From the NCBI RefSeq assembly GCF_964355755.1, contig NC_092674.1:13640001-13704000 (forward strand): a stretch of 64,000 nt of DNA, given 5' to 3'. The notes beneath the pieces were generated by a model. That model did no database searches. It was not told where the DNA came from and worked only from the letters and a program-made list of their open reading frames with translations. This DNA is from Antedon mediterranea. Its lineage: Eukaryota > Animalia > Echinodermata. Shown here one piece after another: positions 27,349 through 40,491 of the stretch (its first letter is position 1; each line of letters opens with the position of its first letter). Both the position numbers and the translations under genes were made by a program.

Positions 27349-27363
27349 CTATTTAACGTGAGC

Positions 27364-27492
27364 TTTTAGTACCCCGGCTAACCCGGGGTACTATAATTGC
27401 CTGTAATTGTTTTGACCCTGATCAGTCTTGTTGATGGGTAATTAACAGAACAGTGGCCATCAATCATGCAGGAAAGTATCTGGGTACTAAAA
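27364..27492. mobile_element. Small HINE/MITE-like element
   Basis: ttttagtaccc ... gggtactaaaa inverted repeats, with a 5' hairpin tagtaccccgg-ctaac-ccggggtacta. Confidence 0.45.
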
Positions 27493-27900
27493 GAGGCCAA
27501 GCCCACTTTGTTTGCCAACAGCCAATCACCGACAGCATCAGGTTTCAGTTACAGCATGTTTTAATGATTAGGTAATAGTTTGATTTCATGAAATAAATGA
27601 ATATTTATATAATAGCCTTTTCACGCCTTATAATTATTTAAGTAAGCCTTTATTTCCATGTTTCCTTTTCGATTTTGTACATTTTAACAACATTGTATGG
27701 GGGAGCTACAGAGTTCAACCTTAGATTGAGTAGTCAAGCGATCAACCAATTACAATTGAATAATTTAAATTTTATTAATTTACCAATGAAATACATAGCC
27801 TACTACAAATTGATTCTGAAATAAACTGGGATGGTGCGATGGGATTTGGTAGGGATGTCAAGAGGTACACCATCACATCAGACTCGGGCTGATGTATAGG

Positions 27901-27930
27901 CAGGGAGTTGTTATTAATAACAACTCCCTG
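27901..27930. mobile_element. 30-bp palindromic micro-MITE (P-element-like ends)
   Basis: Perfect palindrome cagggagttgttattaataacaactccctg flanked by the direct repeat GTATAGG. Confidence 0.7.
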
Positions 27931-28689
27931 GTATAGGTAGGCCTACAATTTTTGAGAATATGAGCGGGAAATTCAAATAAAATAATGTAGCCGTAGGGGG
28001 TGGTACCCATACGCTTCCCAAAAAGTGTTTGCGCTATATTAGTATATAGGACCAGATATATGAATTAATTAATAATACTAAACAATCTAAAAAATAAATC
28101 TTTTTATTTAAAAAAATGTAATTGAATGAATGTTAATAAACATAAACGAAACCCATATAAATAACAATCTTTTTTATTGTGTAATAACAAGTTGATGTTA
28201 TACGATATTATAATAGAGGGATTATGCCTCATTTTAGTTGTTTATGTTATTCTAAGAAAACTGCACATAGGCCTACATACATTATGTTCACTTTAGCACT
28301 CTAGTATTTTAAAACATTGATGACTAGCAATTATACACGCCCGGGCGGGTTTCCTATGTAGTTTTAAAACTTCACAGTACATTCCCGATCATGTGATAAC
28401 TCATTATCCAGATGCCCTAAAATGCACCCACCTCCCCAACACACACCCGCACTCGGGGATTTTTTAACTTATAATGTTAAACTTCCTGGTACAAATTCTA
28501 TTGCAAACCCCGGCTCTATGACGGTTTTCAAATGCAGTTAAAACATACCCCCAGTTCACATTACTCATGTGGTCATTGATACTAACCCCAGCAAATCACT
28601 AAGCCTCCAACTCATCTAACCTCTGCACACTGTGATTTTTTTTAATATATTTTAAAACCTTCCCAGTACAATTGTGGTCATACAATCAC

Positions 28690-29480
28690 GAAATATTGTG
28701 CTACCTACATTTGAGAAAGTGTGCAATCCATTAAAAAAATTGTGCTCCTCTTTGAGAAATTGTGCAATATGCAACATTCAGGAAATTGTGCTACCTTTTT
28801 GAGAAATAATTGTGCTAACCATTCGGGAAATTGTGCTACCCATTCGGGAAATTGTGCTACCTCTTTGAGAAATTGTGCTAACCATTCGGGAAATTGTGCT
28901 ACCTCTTTCAGAAATTGTGCTAACCACTCGAGAAATTGTGCTACCCATTCGGGAAACTGTGCTACCTCTTTGAGAAATTGTGCTAACCATTCGGGAAATT
29001 GTGCTACCTCTTTGAGAAATTGTGCATTCCATTCCGGAAATTGTGCTACCTCTTTGAGAAATTATGCAATCCATTCGGGAGATTTTGTGCTACCTCTTTG
29101 AGAAATTGTGCTAACCATTCGGGAAATTGTGCTACCTCTTTGAGAAATTGTGCTAACCATTTGGGAAATTGTGCTACCTCTTTGAGAAATTGTGCTAACC
29201 ATTCGGGAAATTGTGCTACCTCTTTGAGAAATTGTGCTAACCATTCGGGAAATTGTGCTACCTCTTTGAGAAATTGTGCTAACCATTTGGGAAATTGTGC
29301 TACCTCTTTGAGACATTGTGCTAACCATTCGGGAAATTGTGCTACCTCTTAGAGAAATTGTGCTAACCATTCGGAAAATTGTGCTACCTCTTTGAGAAAT
29401 TGTGCAATCCATTCCGGAAGTTGTGCTACCTCTTTGAGAAATTGTACGTACGGTATACCTATTTGAGAAATTGTGCTATC
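28690..29480. repeat. Minisatellite with a 42-bp unit made of two 21-bp subunits
   Basis: gaaattgtgctacctctttga + gaaattgtgctaaccattcgg repeated, with degenerate edges. Confidence 0.95.
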
Positions 29481-29627
29481 TTTTTCACATTTTTTCATCC
29501 CCTTCATAATCCATATTCCTATATCTTACCATGCACCAACTCATTCCAAAAGTTAAAGGATACAAGATACTGTGACGGGATTTAATATATGTGCCAACAA
29601 TACTTTATCGCATTATGCAGGTTCACA

Positions 29628-30385
29628 TTTTTAGTCGCGTGGACGCGACTCTATAGTTCACTATGTCGGTCGGTCTGTCGGTCTGTCTGTCTGTCGGTCC
29701 GGTATCACTATGCATGTTATCGCTTTCTGACCTTATCTTGATATCAGTTTAATCTAGCTAAGTCAATTTTTCACAGTATATTCCTTATGGCCAGGAATCG
29801 ATGTGGTTATGTTTTCACGGTGCGCAATAAAAAATTACGCAGTCTACGCACGATTTAACGAAATCACGTTTTTAATTATATCTTCACAACCATGAATCAC
29901 AATTAAATAAAAGTTGGTACTCATAAATTTCAGGGCATAAATCATCATATGGCAATACAATTACGTGCGTAGCGAATTTAACGCATGCGTACGCGCGCTT
30001 AAAATTTTCAAAATGTATTTTCGATGAAATAAGAGTACGTTTCAGGCAATTTTAAGCGTTTACAAAATTGCCAGGAGTGCGCATATTTTTGCGCGCGCAC
30101 TGCGCGTTAAATGTTATTGCGCACTCTTTTTGCCCGATTTCTGTTTTCTTGACTTACTTTTCAACTAGAAATTACGTTATATGAGCACGTCAAAAGTGAC
30201 AGGCTACGCACGTGTAAATTAAAAAAATATAAATGTTTTTAAACATTTCAACATTTTTACACATGTTCAGTAATTTCGATCAGTATAGTTCACTATGTCG
30301 GTCGGTCTGTCGGTCTGTCGGTCTGTCCGGTATCAAAATGCATTGTAGCACGCGACTTAATTAATGGCTGTTGGCCTTGTTTTTT
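29628..30385 (+). mobile_element. HINE-like element, family A, long form
   Basis: Same 5' hairpin, microsatellite and body as the 14450 copy; ends gcacgcgacttaattaatggctgttggccttgtttttt. Confidence 0.8.
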
Positions 30386-33300
30386 AACGGACAGGAATTT
30401 TTTAAGAATATATACTCTATAAAATTTAATTCAAATTAGGCCCATAATATATGTTTACATGGCAATTGTTAATTTTCAAATTAAAATAAATATATAACAT
30501 GCACATACAGATTGTATTCAGTGTATTAATTACAGTATCTGATTTTTTAGTTAATCGTTAAAATAATGATATCCTAGCCTATAACAAAAATGTTCCATCT
30601 GTAACATTAACAACCATTTTTTAATATTTACTTAGACCTAATCTATTGATTACAATTCAGGAGTTACAAATTAAGAGTTAACATTTTTGGTATCATTACT
30701 TCACACAACTTAGACAAACAAATGTCACATTAATGTGTAATAAAAACGGAAATATTATGTATTGAGAAAAAACATAAATATATATTTCCTCCATAAATGT
30801 GCATACAATTGGAGTATACTCAAGAAAAGGGGTTTATAATTGAGACATAAAGTAACTATTATATAAAATATGATTATAAAATACAGTATTTAATTGTTTG
30901 CTTAAAATTTGAAATAGTATTACTGTTATTATATGCCTATATATTTAATATTAGAGGGGTGGCAAATCCATAGAGATCATTTTGAGATCTCAGCTGAAGA
31001 ACATGAAATAGTTTATAAATATAGTTTTAATTTCAAAACAAAAGGTTTTGCTTTTCCAGCGATTTTAGTCTGGGTGCACAAAACACAAATTTTTAATTTA
31101 AACTCATCTCTACAATTCATTCTTTGGTTCCCTGCTGTTAGATTAGAACTGACCTTGCTAACCACAAGGCCACTTGCATTCTTTAATTTTGTGTGCAAAA
31201 AATGTACCCATGGTATAAAGGTGGTTTCTAAATACAATGAGTGACCAATTCCAAAATAGGCTGTGCATTGCAGCCAATCAGAAGCAAGGAAGGCTGAGCC
31301 TGGAAGATGAACAAGGTGTTACGTGATTTATTAATTGACTAAGACATTAATGACTGGCTTTAGGCAAAAATAAACAAGTAAGATGCCAGAGGCAAAAAGC
31401 TCACGCTAAATAGGGCTCGTTCTCCTAATGTAATATAGCTCGAATGAGAGAGTTGGAATATTTTTAGCCTACAGTAAAAGGCCTGGTAGTATCAATTCGC
31501 ATAGAGTCTACTACACTAGCTAGGTCAATTTTTAACTGGGCCGGATTGGCTAGTAGGTATCTTTCCTACTACCTGGTCTACTTGCTTGATGCAATTTTTT
31601 TAGAGTAAACTAGGCCTATTTAGGCCTACTTTAGACGATCGGGACACCATACGTGCGGACGACGATCGGACCTTGTTTTGCCTCAATATTTACAGCCGAT
31701 TTTGTAGAATTTAGGTTTAGATTGTTTAGGAGTTTGGTTGATAGGATGGGTTTTGGAATTCACTGAGTTTTGTTATTTATGGGCCAATCGTTTAGTAATA
31801 GGCTAGCTAGGCCCATGATGGACCCCCAATGTTTTAATGTAGCAGCCATCTGTCATCGTGGCATGGAATCCCTAGTCAGAATGGCTCTCACCCGTGAAAA
31901 AAAAAATGATTTAGGCTAGGCTAACCTAGTAGAGTACGTGAAGCCGATAATACGATCTGTCTGTACTATTCGAGGTATAAAAATAGTATATAATTTATGA
32001 CTCCGTAATCTGTACTAAATGTTGTATTTTATTAAATGTCAAATAAATGCTACTACTGTTATTATTACACTTTAGGCCTAGCTTAGAAAATCTACAAAAA
32101 AAATGTTTTTCACAATGATCGGGTGGTCGTCGTTTGACAGGGGAGAGAGATGTAAATTAGTTGACAAACGCAACGTCACGTACATGACGTTGCGAGTTTG
32201 GAATCCACTGATGACGTGATTTTACGAATATCTCATGAATATTAATGAGCTTCCCTAAGCTGCTGAAAAACACACTTTCCATGAATTTACCCCAAAATGT
32301 ATATGGAATTTAATTTTTTTAATTTCTCATTATTACTTCTTCATTCTGACATGTCTATAATTGTTATAATATTTTTATTTAATAAATAAACGATATTTAA
32401 AAGCAATTTTAAACCCAGAATCCCCCTTTAATCAAATTATGGCTAAACGTAGGCCTAGGTGGTTAAAAGAAGATTAGATCTTGTTTTAAATTGGAGAAGA
32501 AAATTAAAGAGTTTGGTGCTGTTAAGCCATCCATGGTTCAATGTTGTGTTATATTGATATTTGTACAGTATGTTATTTTTCAAGATGGACATCCATTATA
32601 CAGTGTATATCTCGATCGGAAAACATCTCTATTTGGGGCAAATCGTTGAACCTAAATTTGTTTTAATTGGCAATAAAAAAATAATAATCAAATTATCTAA
32701 CTCAATTTAATTAGTAAACAGGGTTACATCAGGTGGTTAAAATCAGTACCGAATGTACGAACCAACTTTATATACCATCGAGTAAACATTCTAGAAGTAA
32801 CGCGCAATTTACCGAATTTTGCCCTTACATTCATTTATATATAGATAACTGTGATTTATTTCACCTCCCTGGTATAACACATATCCTAGAAGTTGAAGGC
32901 AGTAGATTCATCTCATCTTCTATACCGTTCAATATTCCATTAAAACAATCTGATCAAAACGATCAAACTTATTTTGCAATGTTTACTTTGACCAGAGAAA
33001 AAATGTGGTATCACCAAAATAATAAAAAAATATCAGATCAGAGAATGTTCTTTTTGGATTAGTGTTTACGGTTATGAATCACTACATACTATTTAGACTA
33101 TAATTTTATTTTTTTCTGGGATAAGACATAAACAAAATATATTCGAATGAGCTACTTTGTTAGTTTAGGATAAATTAATTTTTTTTTTATTTTACAAAAA
33201 AAAATTACTTCCACAAGCACATAAACACAATAAAAACATATAGAAAACGTAAAAGACAGTTGATAATGGTGACACACAAATCGAAAATACGATAGGGATT

Positions 33301-33574
33301 TATATAAATTAATGTTTATAGGCCTAAATGATCATTTACTATCTAATTCAATTTGAGCGTATTCCTTGGGCTACTTCTTTGAAAGTTGGTAAAGAGATGG
33401 AAACTTGGCATTTGGTGGTCCCTGGACCTTAATTGACATACTTTATTTTAGTAATTTAATGTACTCCCAATGCTAAACAAATTAATCTGGTTGACTGAGG
33501 GTCGAGAAACTATAGGGATTAATATTAATTTTATTTTATAAATTATCTCATCTTCATAACTTTCTTCCTGTATA

Positions 33575-33708
33575 GGAAACATGTTCTACATAAACAAGTT
33601 ACAGTTTGGGAGTGGAGTTGTAATTTGTCATTACAAAAAATCCTGACATATGACAGGACTTAAACCCAGAACCCTTGGATTGGTAGCTACAACTCGATCC
33701 ACTCCATC
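33575..33708 (-). mobile_element. Decayed tRNA-derived SINE head
   Basis: Minus strand tgatggagtggat...gggttctgggtttaagtcctg resembles the A-box and B-box of a tRNA-like head. Confidence 0.35.
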
Positions 33709-35337
33709 AATCAAACAATCAGTGGTGTAAACAATAATGGAATTCTATAATATATAATATTCTATAATAATTCCTAGATGTCGAAAGGTTTAGTTGGAAA
33801 TTAAGTGCTCGTAATTTACTAAATTCAGAAAATACGGTAAAACTATAACAGTACACTTAGCATTTATTCATGATTCAACACACATGCATAAAGAGACACC
33901 GTGATATAGATTCATACATGTACACGTATAGGTCTATTGTTATAGAAGATTCACACAATGCTTAATACACAAGCTTCCCCGTCCTCTCGTGGTCCCATTA
34001 TCGGAATATTACAACCGTTCTTGTAGTTAGGCCCTTATGGCAACAAAATGTTAATTGTGGTACATTGTATAAGTTTAGATTTTCAATTATTTCAAATGTT
34101 CATAACTGAACAAGATCGGTTGGGACGGCTGTTAGACTTATAATACTAAATCCCTGGTCGGTTGCTTGATACGAATATTATAATTAGGTACTGTCCCACC
34201 CTAAAATTATTTAATTGTTGTAAGACAATATAGTGTGAGATACCATGCAAATAAACACAATTGTATATTTTGTTAATATTTGATTCAATGTTTCAACTTA
34301 GGGTTGATGATTGTCGTCAATTTTCTACTCACGCCGAATGAACTAGAATGATTGTGTGAATAATCTCGTTCTAAACATAGAGGAATATAATGTAGAAATA
34401 ACATACCTTCTATCTATTACCAATTGAACATAAAATCACAAAACGATTAAATCCAAATAATTGTATTTGAAAGTAGCTTGGGTAACGTTTATATACTTGA
34501 ATAACACTGTAAACTTACATAGAACTAAACTTGACTTGAACAATCTTGAGACAGGATAATATCCGCTAATAACCTCTGACTTGGACAAGATGGTAGCAGC
34601 AAATACTTATCCTGCGCCAATTCAACACATGTAAGATGAACTTCCTTAATAGTTCATTTAAGATGAAATAATTCATAATTGTAAACTTAATGGTTTTGCT
34701 CAGGAAGTGATGTTTAAAAAGGAAACATCTTACAGTAACAGATACTAAGCATGTTAACTATATGTTTTGCCTGTTTATCTTCAAGAATTGTGAATGTATG
34801 AATTGTTTAATGAATACAAAAAAATGATGAATTATGAAATGAATTGTATAGCATTGTCAAACCTATTAAAAAGTCAACCACTGATCTAGATGTCTGAATA
34901 ATAACACAAACAAGTATAGCCATCCATTAACAACATTTACATTCGGAATTAAACTGTAAAGTAAAGTATGTATTATCTTTGGATAATATAAACCCAGATT
35001 ATAGAATGGAGGCGTAAATATTTCCAACAATGAACTATTGTTCTTAAATATATTTTCGCGTAAAGTTCTTTCCTGTTACCGGAAATTTTGTCTATTAACA
35101 ATCTCCTACATTGTACTACCATGGAGCTCCATGATACTACAATGGGTACTGACATTATTGACGCATTCTCATGGGTAATCGATTATTTAACATTCGGTCA
35201 AAAAAGATAGGTACCTGAAACAAGATATACAAGAAGACATATGACATTCTATTTTCAATGCATTACACCCATTGTCTCATCCTCCAGATAGGATATCATA
35301 TAATATTGTTTTAATGTTGTATTTAGTACGTTTAAAT

Positions 35338-35783
35338 ATAGGTGTCGAGTTGTATTCTATGTTATACCATTGCTCACATACAGGTGTCGAGTTGTATGCT
35401 ATGTCATACCATTACTCACATACAGGTGTCGATTTGTATTTTATGTGATGCAATTGCTGACATACAGGTGTCGAGTTGTATTCTATGTTATACCATTGCT
35501 CACATACATGTGTCGAGTTGTATTTTATGTTATACCATTGCTCACATACAGGTGTTGAGTTGTATTCTATGTCATACCATTGCTCACATACAGGTGTCGA
35601 GTTGTATTTTATGTCATACCATTGCTCACATACAGGTGTCGAGTTGTATTCTATGTCATACCATTGCTCACATACAGGTGTCGAGTTGTATTTTATGTCA
35701 TACCATTGCTCACATACAGTTGTGGAGTTGTATTCTATGTTATACCATTGCTCACATACAGGTGTCGAGTTGTATTCTATGTC
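35338..35783. repeat. Minisatellite with a 42-bp unit, about 10.5 copies
   Basis: caggtgtcgagttgtatt(c/t)tatgt(t/c)ataccattgctcacata in tandem. Confidence 0.95.
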
Positions 35784-36198
35784 GTACATGTAATTATAAT
35801 TTACTAACAATTGTTCGTGCTATAGCGATTCAAGATTCCAGAAATTGTTCCACTTAAAATGGAACTTCATTTTGCATAATCAAGACAATAAAACTACAAA
35901 GAAAAATGCATCAGATTGCAAAAACGCTATATAGACCAAAGTTAAAATACTATTAATAGGCCAATGTTAAGATACTATTAAACATACTTGTAGATTGCAA
36001 AAACACCATAAGCAAATGTGAAACACTAATAAACGATTAAAAATAATAAAAAAATAAAAAAAATAAAAAATTACAGTATAAAGTTATCGGCGAACATTTG
36101 AACTATCTATACATTAATTGTACTAAATTTTTCGCGTATTTCACGTATCTCCTCCAAAACCACTGAACGGTACGTGCCCACATTTGGCATATTACTGT

Positions 36199-38130
36199 AT
36201 CTTCAATGACATCAAGTGAGCACAATGTGCAATTTCCATTGATAGCAAAATTGGCCCACTTGTATGTCCGACCATCTAAAGCTAGTGTGTTGGAGCGTAT
36301 AAATATTGGTACTATCAAGGAGATATTCCTAGGTGCAGTCTTAAATTCAGCATTATGAGTAAGTGAGGATTTTGCTTTCATATTCTTCAAATTGATGTGA
36401 TACTGTAATGTACAATCAACTGTACAATGTAATTGATTTTATGTTTTCATAGGATTATTATTGTAAGTCTACTTTACTTCCTTATAGGTATGACAATATG
36501 TGTTTTATTTTTCTTTTAAGCTTTGCCTGTTTTTTTTTTCTGCGAATTACTAGTATTTATAACAAAAATCAGTAAATATTGTTGCACTTTTAAAGCTGCC
36601 TTATATAAAGCTGTGAAACAAATACTATTTGGAGCATAAATGTGTTTCATTTTTTCTTTTACAATTACCACACTTCCGATATACCGGTACTAGAAAGATA
36701 ACAATGAGAGGTCTGTTATTATACTTTATATAACTTCCTTATATTATTCATATTGGAGCAATAATACACTGTGCTATTTAAAGATAGAAAACAAGCACTG
36801 CCTATTTCTGTATCACTGTTTGTTATTCACGATTGCATTATTTTTCTGAAGGTGTGTAAAGCAGAACAATATTTATTTTTGTTTATATCTTTGTTTATTT
36901 TGTGTTTTTGTAGTTTATTTTGTATTTTCTGTTTGTTTTGTCTGACGGTCGCTAATGATCAGCTGATGCTGGATGGACCACCCTCATAAAATATTGTTGA
37001 AATAAAAATAAATAAAAATAAAAAACAATGAATGTTTGCTTTATAAAACTTCCGGTTTGCTTGTTAGCATACCAGATAGATTTATTTGTTAAGAATAGAT
37101 AACATAGATAACAATGTTCATGTATTGTTTATAACTTTGTTACTAGCAAGAATATATTGTGGTTTATATAAGTTTAAGATAGAAAAACCAGCACTACATA
37201 GTTGTTGTATAATTTCATGATAATTTGCAGCTGTATAGCAAGAATCAATCACAACTGTATATTAGTTTTAATGTACAAGATTAACTTATTAAAAACAAAC
37301 GACATTGAGTTTAAACTAAATAGACAGGCATCATTAATTCTTACCAACGTTTTAAAGTAGCACTAAAGAGCAGACTCTTTTTAATCATTATTGGCAGTTT
37401 ATTGATATCTTACAATGGGCCTACGTTTAATGAATCGCAATTAAGGTGATTAACCCTTTATTTCTCTAGCTAGTTAACTTGGAACACCATATTTCACACA
37501 TTGTTAAAGTGTTTCTGTATTTATCGCGGTGGAAAAATTTCTAATTCATATTCCTATTTGCAGAAGCATTAATATCTTAAACGACGTTTTCTGTAGGTAT
37601 AGTTAATAACAAGAATAAGTGCTGATACTGCTAATATTCATTTGTCCATATGAAAAACATTAAAACATAAACAAAAATACATTATGAAACTGAATAATAA
37701 TAGCAATAACAATAATACAAGATACAATTTAAAACATATACAAAATGAAATCACTCATTGCCTGCCTTGTACGTATGTATAGGTCCTAAACAAATATGCA
37801 ATTTAGAGTATTAGAACTTGATTAGTTCATAAAAAGCGCTTTTTTTAATAGCCTACACCATACACTTTATTCGAAATAGACTAAATTCAAGACTGAAGGG
37901 GCGTTTATTCCAAGGAATGTTTTATGGGGAGAGGTGATGGGGCGGTTGCTTATTCAATTCTTATTTAAATAACCGTAATTGGTTCTATAGGCCTGGTGTA
38001 TATCTTCCTAGATATGTATGGATTTACGATTTTAAACGCACCAGCAGGCCTATAAATAAATAGGCCTAATAATATGCATATATAATACCTTATTATTTAT
38101 TTCAAATACAACACACATCCGAGACATACT
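36199..38130 (+). repeat. Local segmental duplication, copy 1
   Basis: Collinear direct similarity to 51287-54840, for example caattaccacacttccgatataccggtactagaaagat and ggtgattaaccctttatttctctagctagttaacttgg. Confidence 0.9.
36870..37028 (+). mobile_element. Short 5'-truncated retroposon 3' end with A-rich tail
   Basis: Absent from the paralogous site at about 52680, ends in (AAAAT)n, and flanked by an AACAAT direct repeat. Confidence 0.65.
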
Positions 38131-38243
38131 TTATACAAATGAGACGTTTGGGCCTAAAACAGAAAACACGTTTTAGACGGCTTGCTAACGTAGCTAGTTA
38201 ATGCAGAGGCATTGGCTAGGGCTAGGCCTACCTCTTTTTATTT

Positions 38244-38350
38244 GGTGAATGATGAAAGGTTAAATATCAACTCGTCGTTGCCTCGTTGATATATAACCTT
38301 TCATCATTCACCTCATGCCATTATTTGTACCATTACACGAATAAAAACGA
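38244..38350. repeat. 28-bp-arm hairpin repeat, possibly a Crypton-type non-autonomous fragment
   Basis: ggtgaatgatgaaaggttaaatatcaac and gttgatatataacctttcatcattcacc pair with one mismatch. The family assignment is from recall only. Confidence 0.5.
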
Positions 38351-38357
38351 CTCTGCT

Positions 38358-38426
38358 CACTATCGGTCGGTTGGTCGGTAAACACTAACTTGAGCACGCG
38401 ACTGCAGCCATGTATATGACCTTGTT
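38358..38426 (+). mobile_element. HINE-like 3' fragment, end type 2
   Basis: ggtcggtaaacactaacttgagcacgcgactgcagccatgtatatgaccttgtt matches the ends at 15185-15232 and 39270-39323. Confidence 0.65.
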
Positions 38427-39213
38427 ATATGTAAACATAGGCTTGATTTTGTTCTATTTTTGCATTCTAATCCACCCCTCCTTTTTGGATCCACCTTGGC
38501 ATGTTGTATTAAAACATTAGGCCTATCATAACCATCCCACAACTAAAAAGTTTGTTTTGAACAAAACACTAATTCGACAAAATACGTATACATCGTAATA
38601 AGACTTGCAATGAATTTATTCATTTTATACCGTTACACATTCAAACATAGTACTACTGTATTTAGCCTCTTTGACTCCATTGGTGACTTTCTATCTTCAT
38701 TTTGTAGAATCGAAATAAAAAGAATAACATGAAATCGTTCTACTTTCAACGTCGCGTCTAAACCGTAATTCGACGACGTCATCATCATCTTAGTGCCTTA
38801 TAACATTGGATCGTCGAGGGGTCATTCCGAGCCGGATCGGAATCGTAGCCGTGGTCGTTTATGCTTAACTTATACATTTCCGTTTCCATACCACCACTAA
38901 TATGATTAGTGTCGCACATACAATCGGTAGTGGAATTTTAACTTTAAAATCATTTTGCGATTGCAATCCTAAATTGAAAAAGAAACTAGCTATTATTTCA
39001 ATTAGATGAGTATATTATTAGCATTTTATTACAATTATAATTTGGGTTTTTCCATCATCATTATCATAATAATTATCATCATAATTGTTATCTCAATATT
39101 TACATCTTTGTATTATTATTCCCCAAAAATATTAACAATTAAAACAAATTAGACTTTGAATTTGCCATTATTAGTCACTTCCGTAGAAAAAAACAAACAA
39201 ACAAGGATTCAGG

Positions 39214-39323
39214 TTTTAGTCGCGTGCGTGCAACGCGACTCTACAGCTCACTTTGTCGGTCGGAAGGTTGGTCGGTAAATACTAAATTAAGCACACGACT
39301 GCAGCCATGTATATGTCCTTGTT
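39214..39323 (+). mobile_element. Minimal HINE-like element, end type 2
   Basis: ttttagtcgcgt...acgcgact 5' hairpin, GTCG repeats, and cacacgactgcagccatgtatatgtccttgtt 3' end. Confidence 0.7.
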
Positions 39324-39324
39324 A

Positions 39325-39418
39325 TTTTATCAGAGTGCGCTTTTATACTTGCCCATGCAAAGTATATAACCACATATTAAGGCAGAAAAAGACAGTGCGG
39401 AGCACGGGTTACTACTAG
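39325..39418 (+). mobile_element. Helitron 3' end fragment
   Basis: gtgc-gga-gcac hairpin followed by a CTAG|T terminus. Confidence 0.45.
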
Positions 39419-40056
39419 TACATATAAATGCTATTATACATGTTATTATAAAAAGTACTTCCTAGTTCTACACAGATTGGCCTTGGTGGTCGTAAAACAG
39501 TAATGTTACGGAAAAGTGGAGTCTTTCATTATCAAAACATTTTCTGCATTTTTCCTATCATTTTCAGTATTTTAACATAAAACAACTAAGAAACAATTGA
39601 AAACCATTAGGCCTACTAATTAAGTTGAGTTAGATAATGTTATATTTATTGACGATTAAAGCGAATTTATGATTTGCCCTGAATAGAGGTGGTTTTCACA
39701 AATTGTTTTACATTATATAGGCCTAGGCCTAAACATATACAAATAAACTGTATTACTGACAGTTGATTCTTAACGTTTTAATTGTATTAGTTAATACTGT
39801 AATTACATTTTTTCCAGTTACAATATCCCTTATCAACAAAACAAAGTGGACTTGCTTATTTTGTCTGCACCAATATGTCGGCATTTAAAACAGTATACTG
39901 TGTCATATTGTGAGTATTCAATCCAAACATATTTGTCATATAAAGAAGAATTAAATGCTCTAAATTGCTTTCCAATTAAATGGGAGGGGAAAAGTTATAT
40001 TTCGAGGTTGGACTGGCTGACCGTTTCTCGAAAACGACAAGTCACTTGGGTCCAAA

Positions 40057-40254
40057 CGTACACTCACAGCCGTTTGTTTTTCCACAGTCACTGGTAGCTT
40101 TACTTCATCGTACACTCACAGTCGTTTGTTTTTCCCCGTTACTGGTAGCTTTACTTCATCGTACACTCACAGCCGTTTGTTTTTCCCCAGTCACTGGTAG
40201 CTTTACTTCATCGTACACTCACAGCCGTTTGTTTTTCCCCAGTCACTGGTAGCT
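40057..40254. repeat. 51-52-bp minisatellite, left part
   Basis: cgtacactcacagccgtttgtttttcccc(a)gtcactggtagctttacttcat, about 4 units. Confidence 0.95.
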
Positions 40255-40491
40255 TTATATATATATAACTTTATTCACAATCTCAGATAATACAAAGTAC
40301 ATGCAAAATTAATTGAGGTTGTGAACGGGGTTAAGCTGTAAGCTAATGCTTTAGACGCAAAGCCCCTTAAAACGAGAAAAAAACAAACAAAACAAACAAA
40401 ATTGTAATTGAAATTTAAATAGATAAATAATTAAATAAATAAATAAATAAAAACAATATAATGCACCATATTAATTTTAACGATAAAAATA

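Noticed and set aside
28690-29480. CRISPR-like repeat/spacer pattern
   Set aside because: Spacers are only 9 bp and alternate between two sequences; no cas genes; eukaryotic context.
31400-32431. Kolobok-like element ending CCCCT|TTAA
   Set aside because: No matching left terminus was found, so boundaries cannot be given.
32760-35215. Toll-like receptor or LRR pseudogene on the minus strand
   Set aside because: Only vague fragments (CQYPL.YHG, FDQIVL..LNGIEDEM) with many stops; not supportable without a search.
35342-35857. Cys/His-rich repetitive ORFs resembling zinc fingers
   Set aside because: They are translations of a 42-bp minisatellite, open in several frames on both strands.
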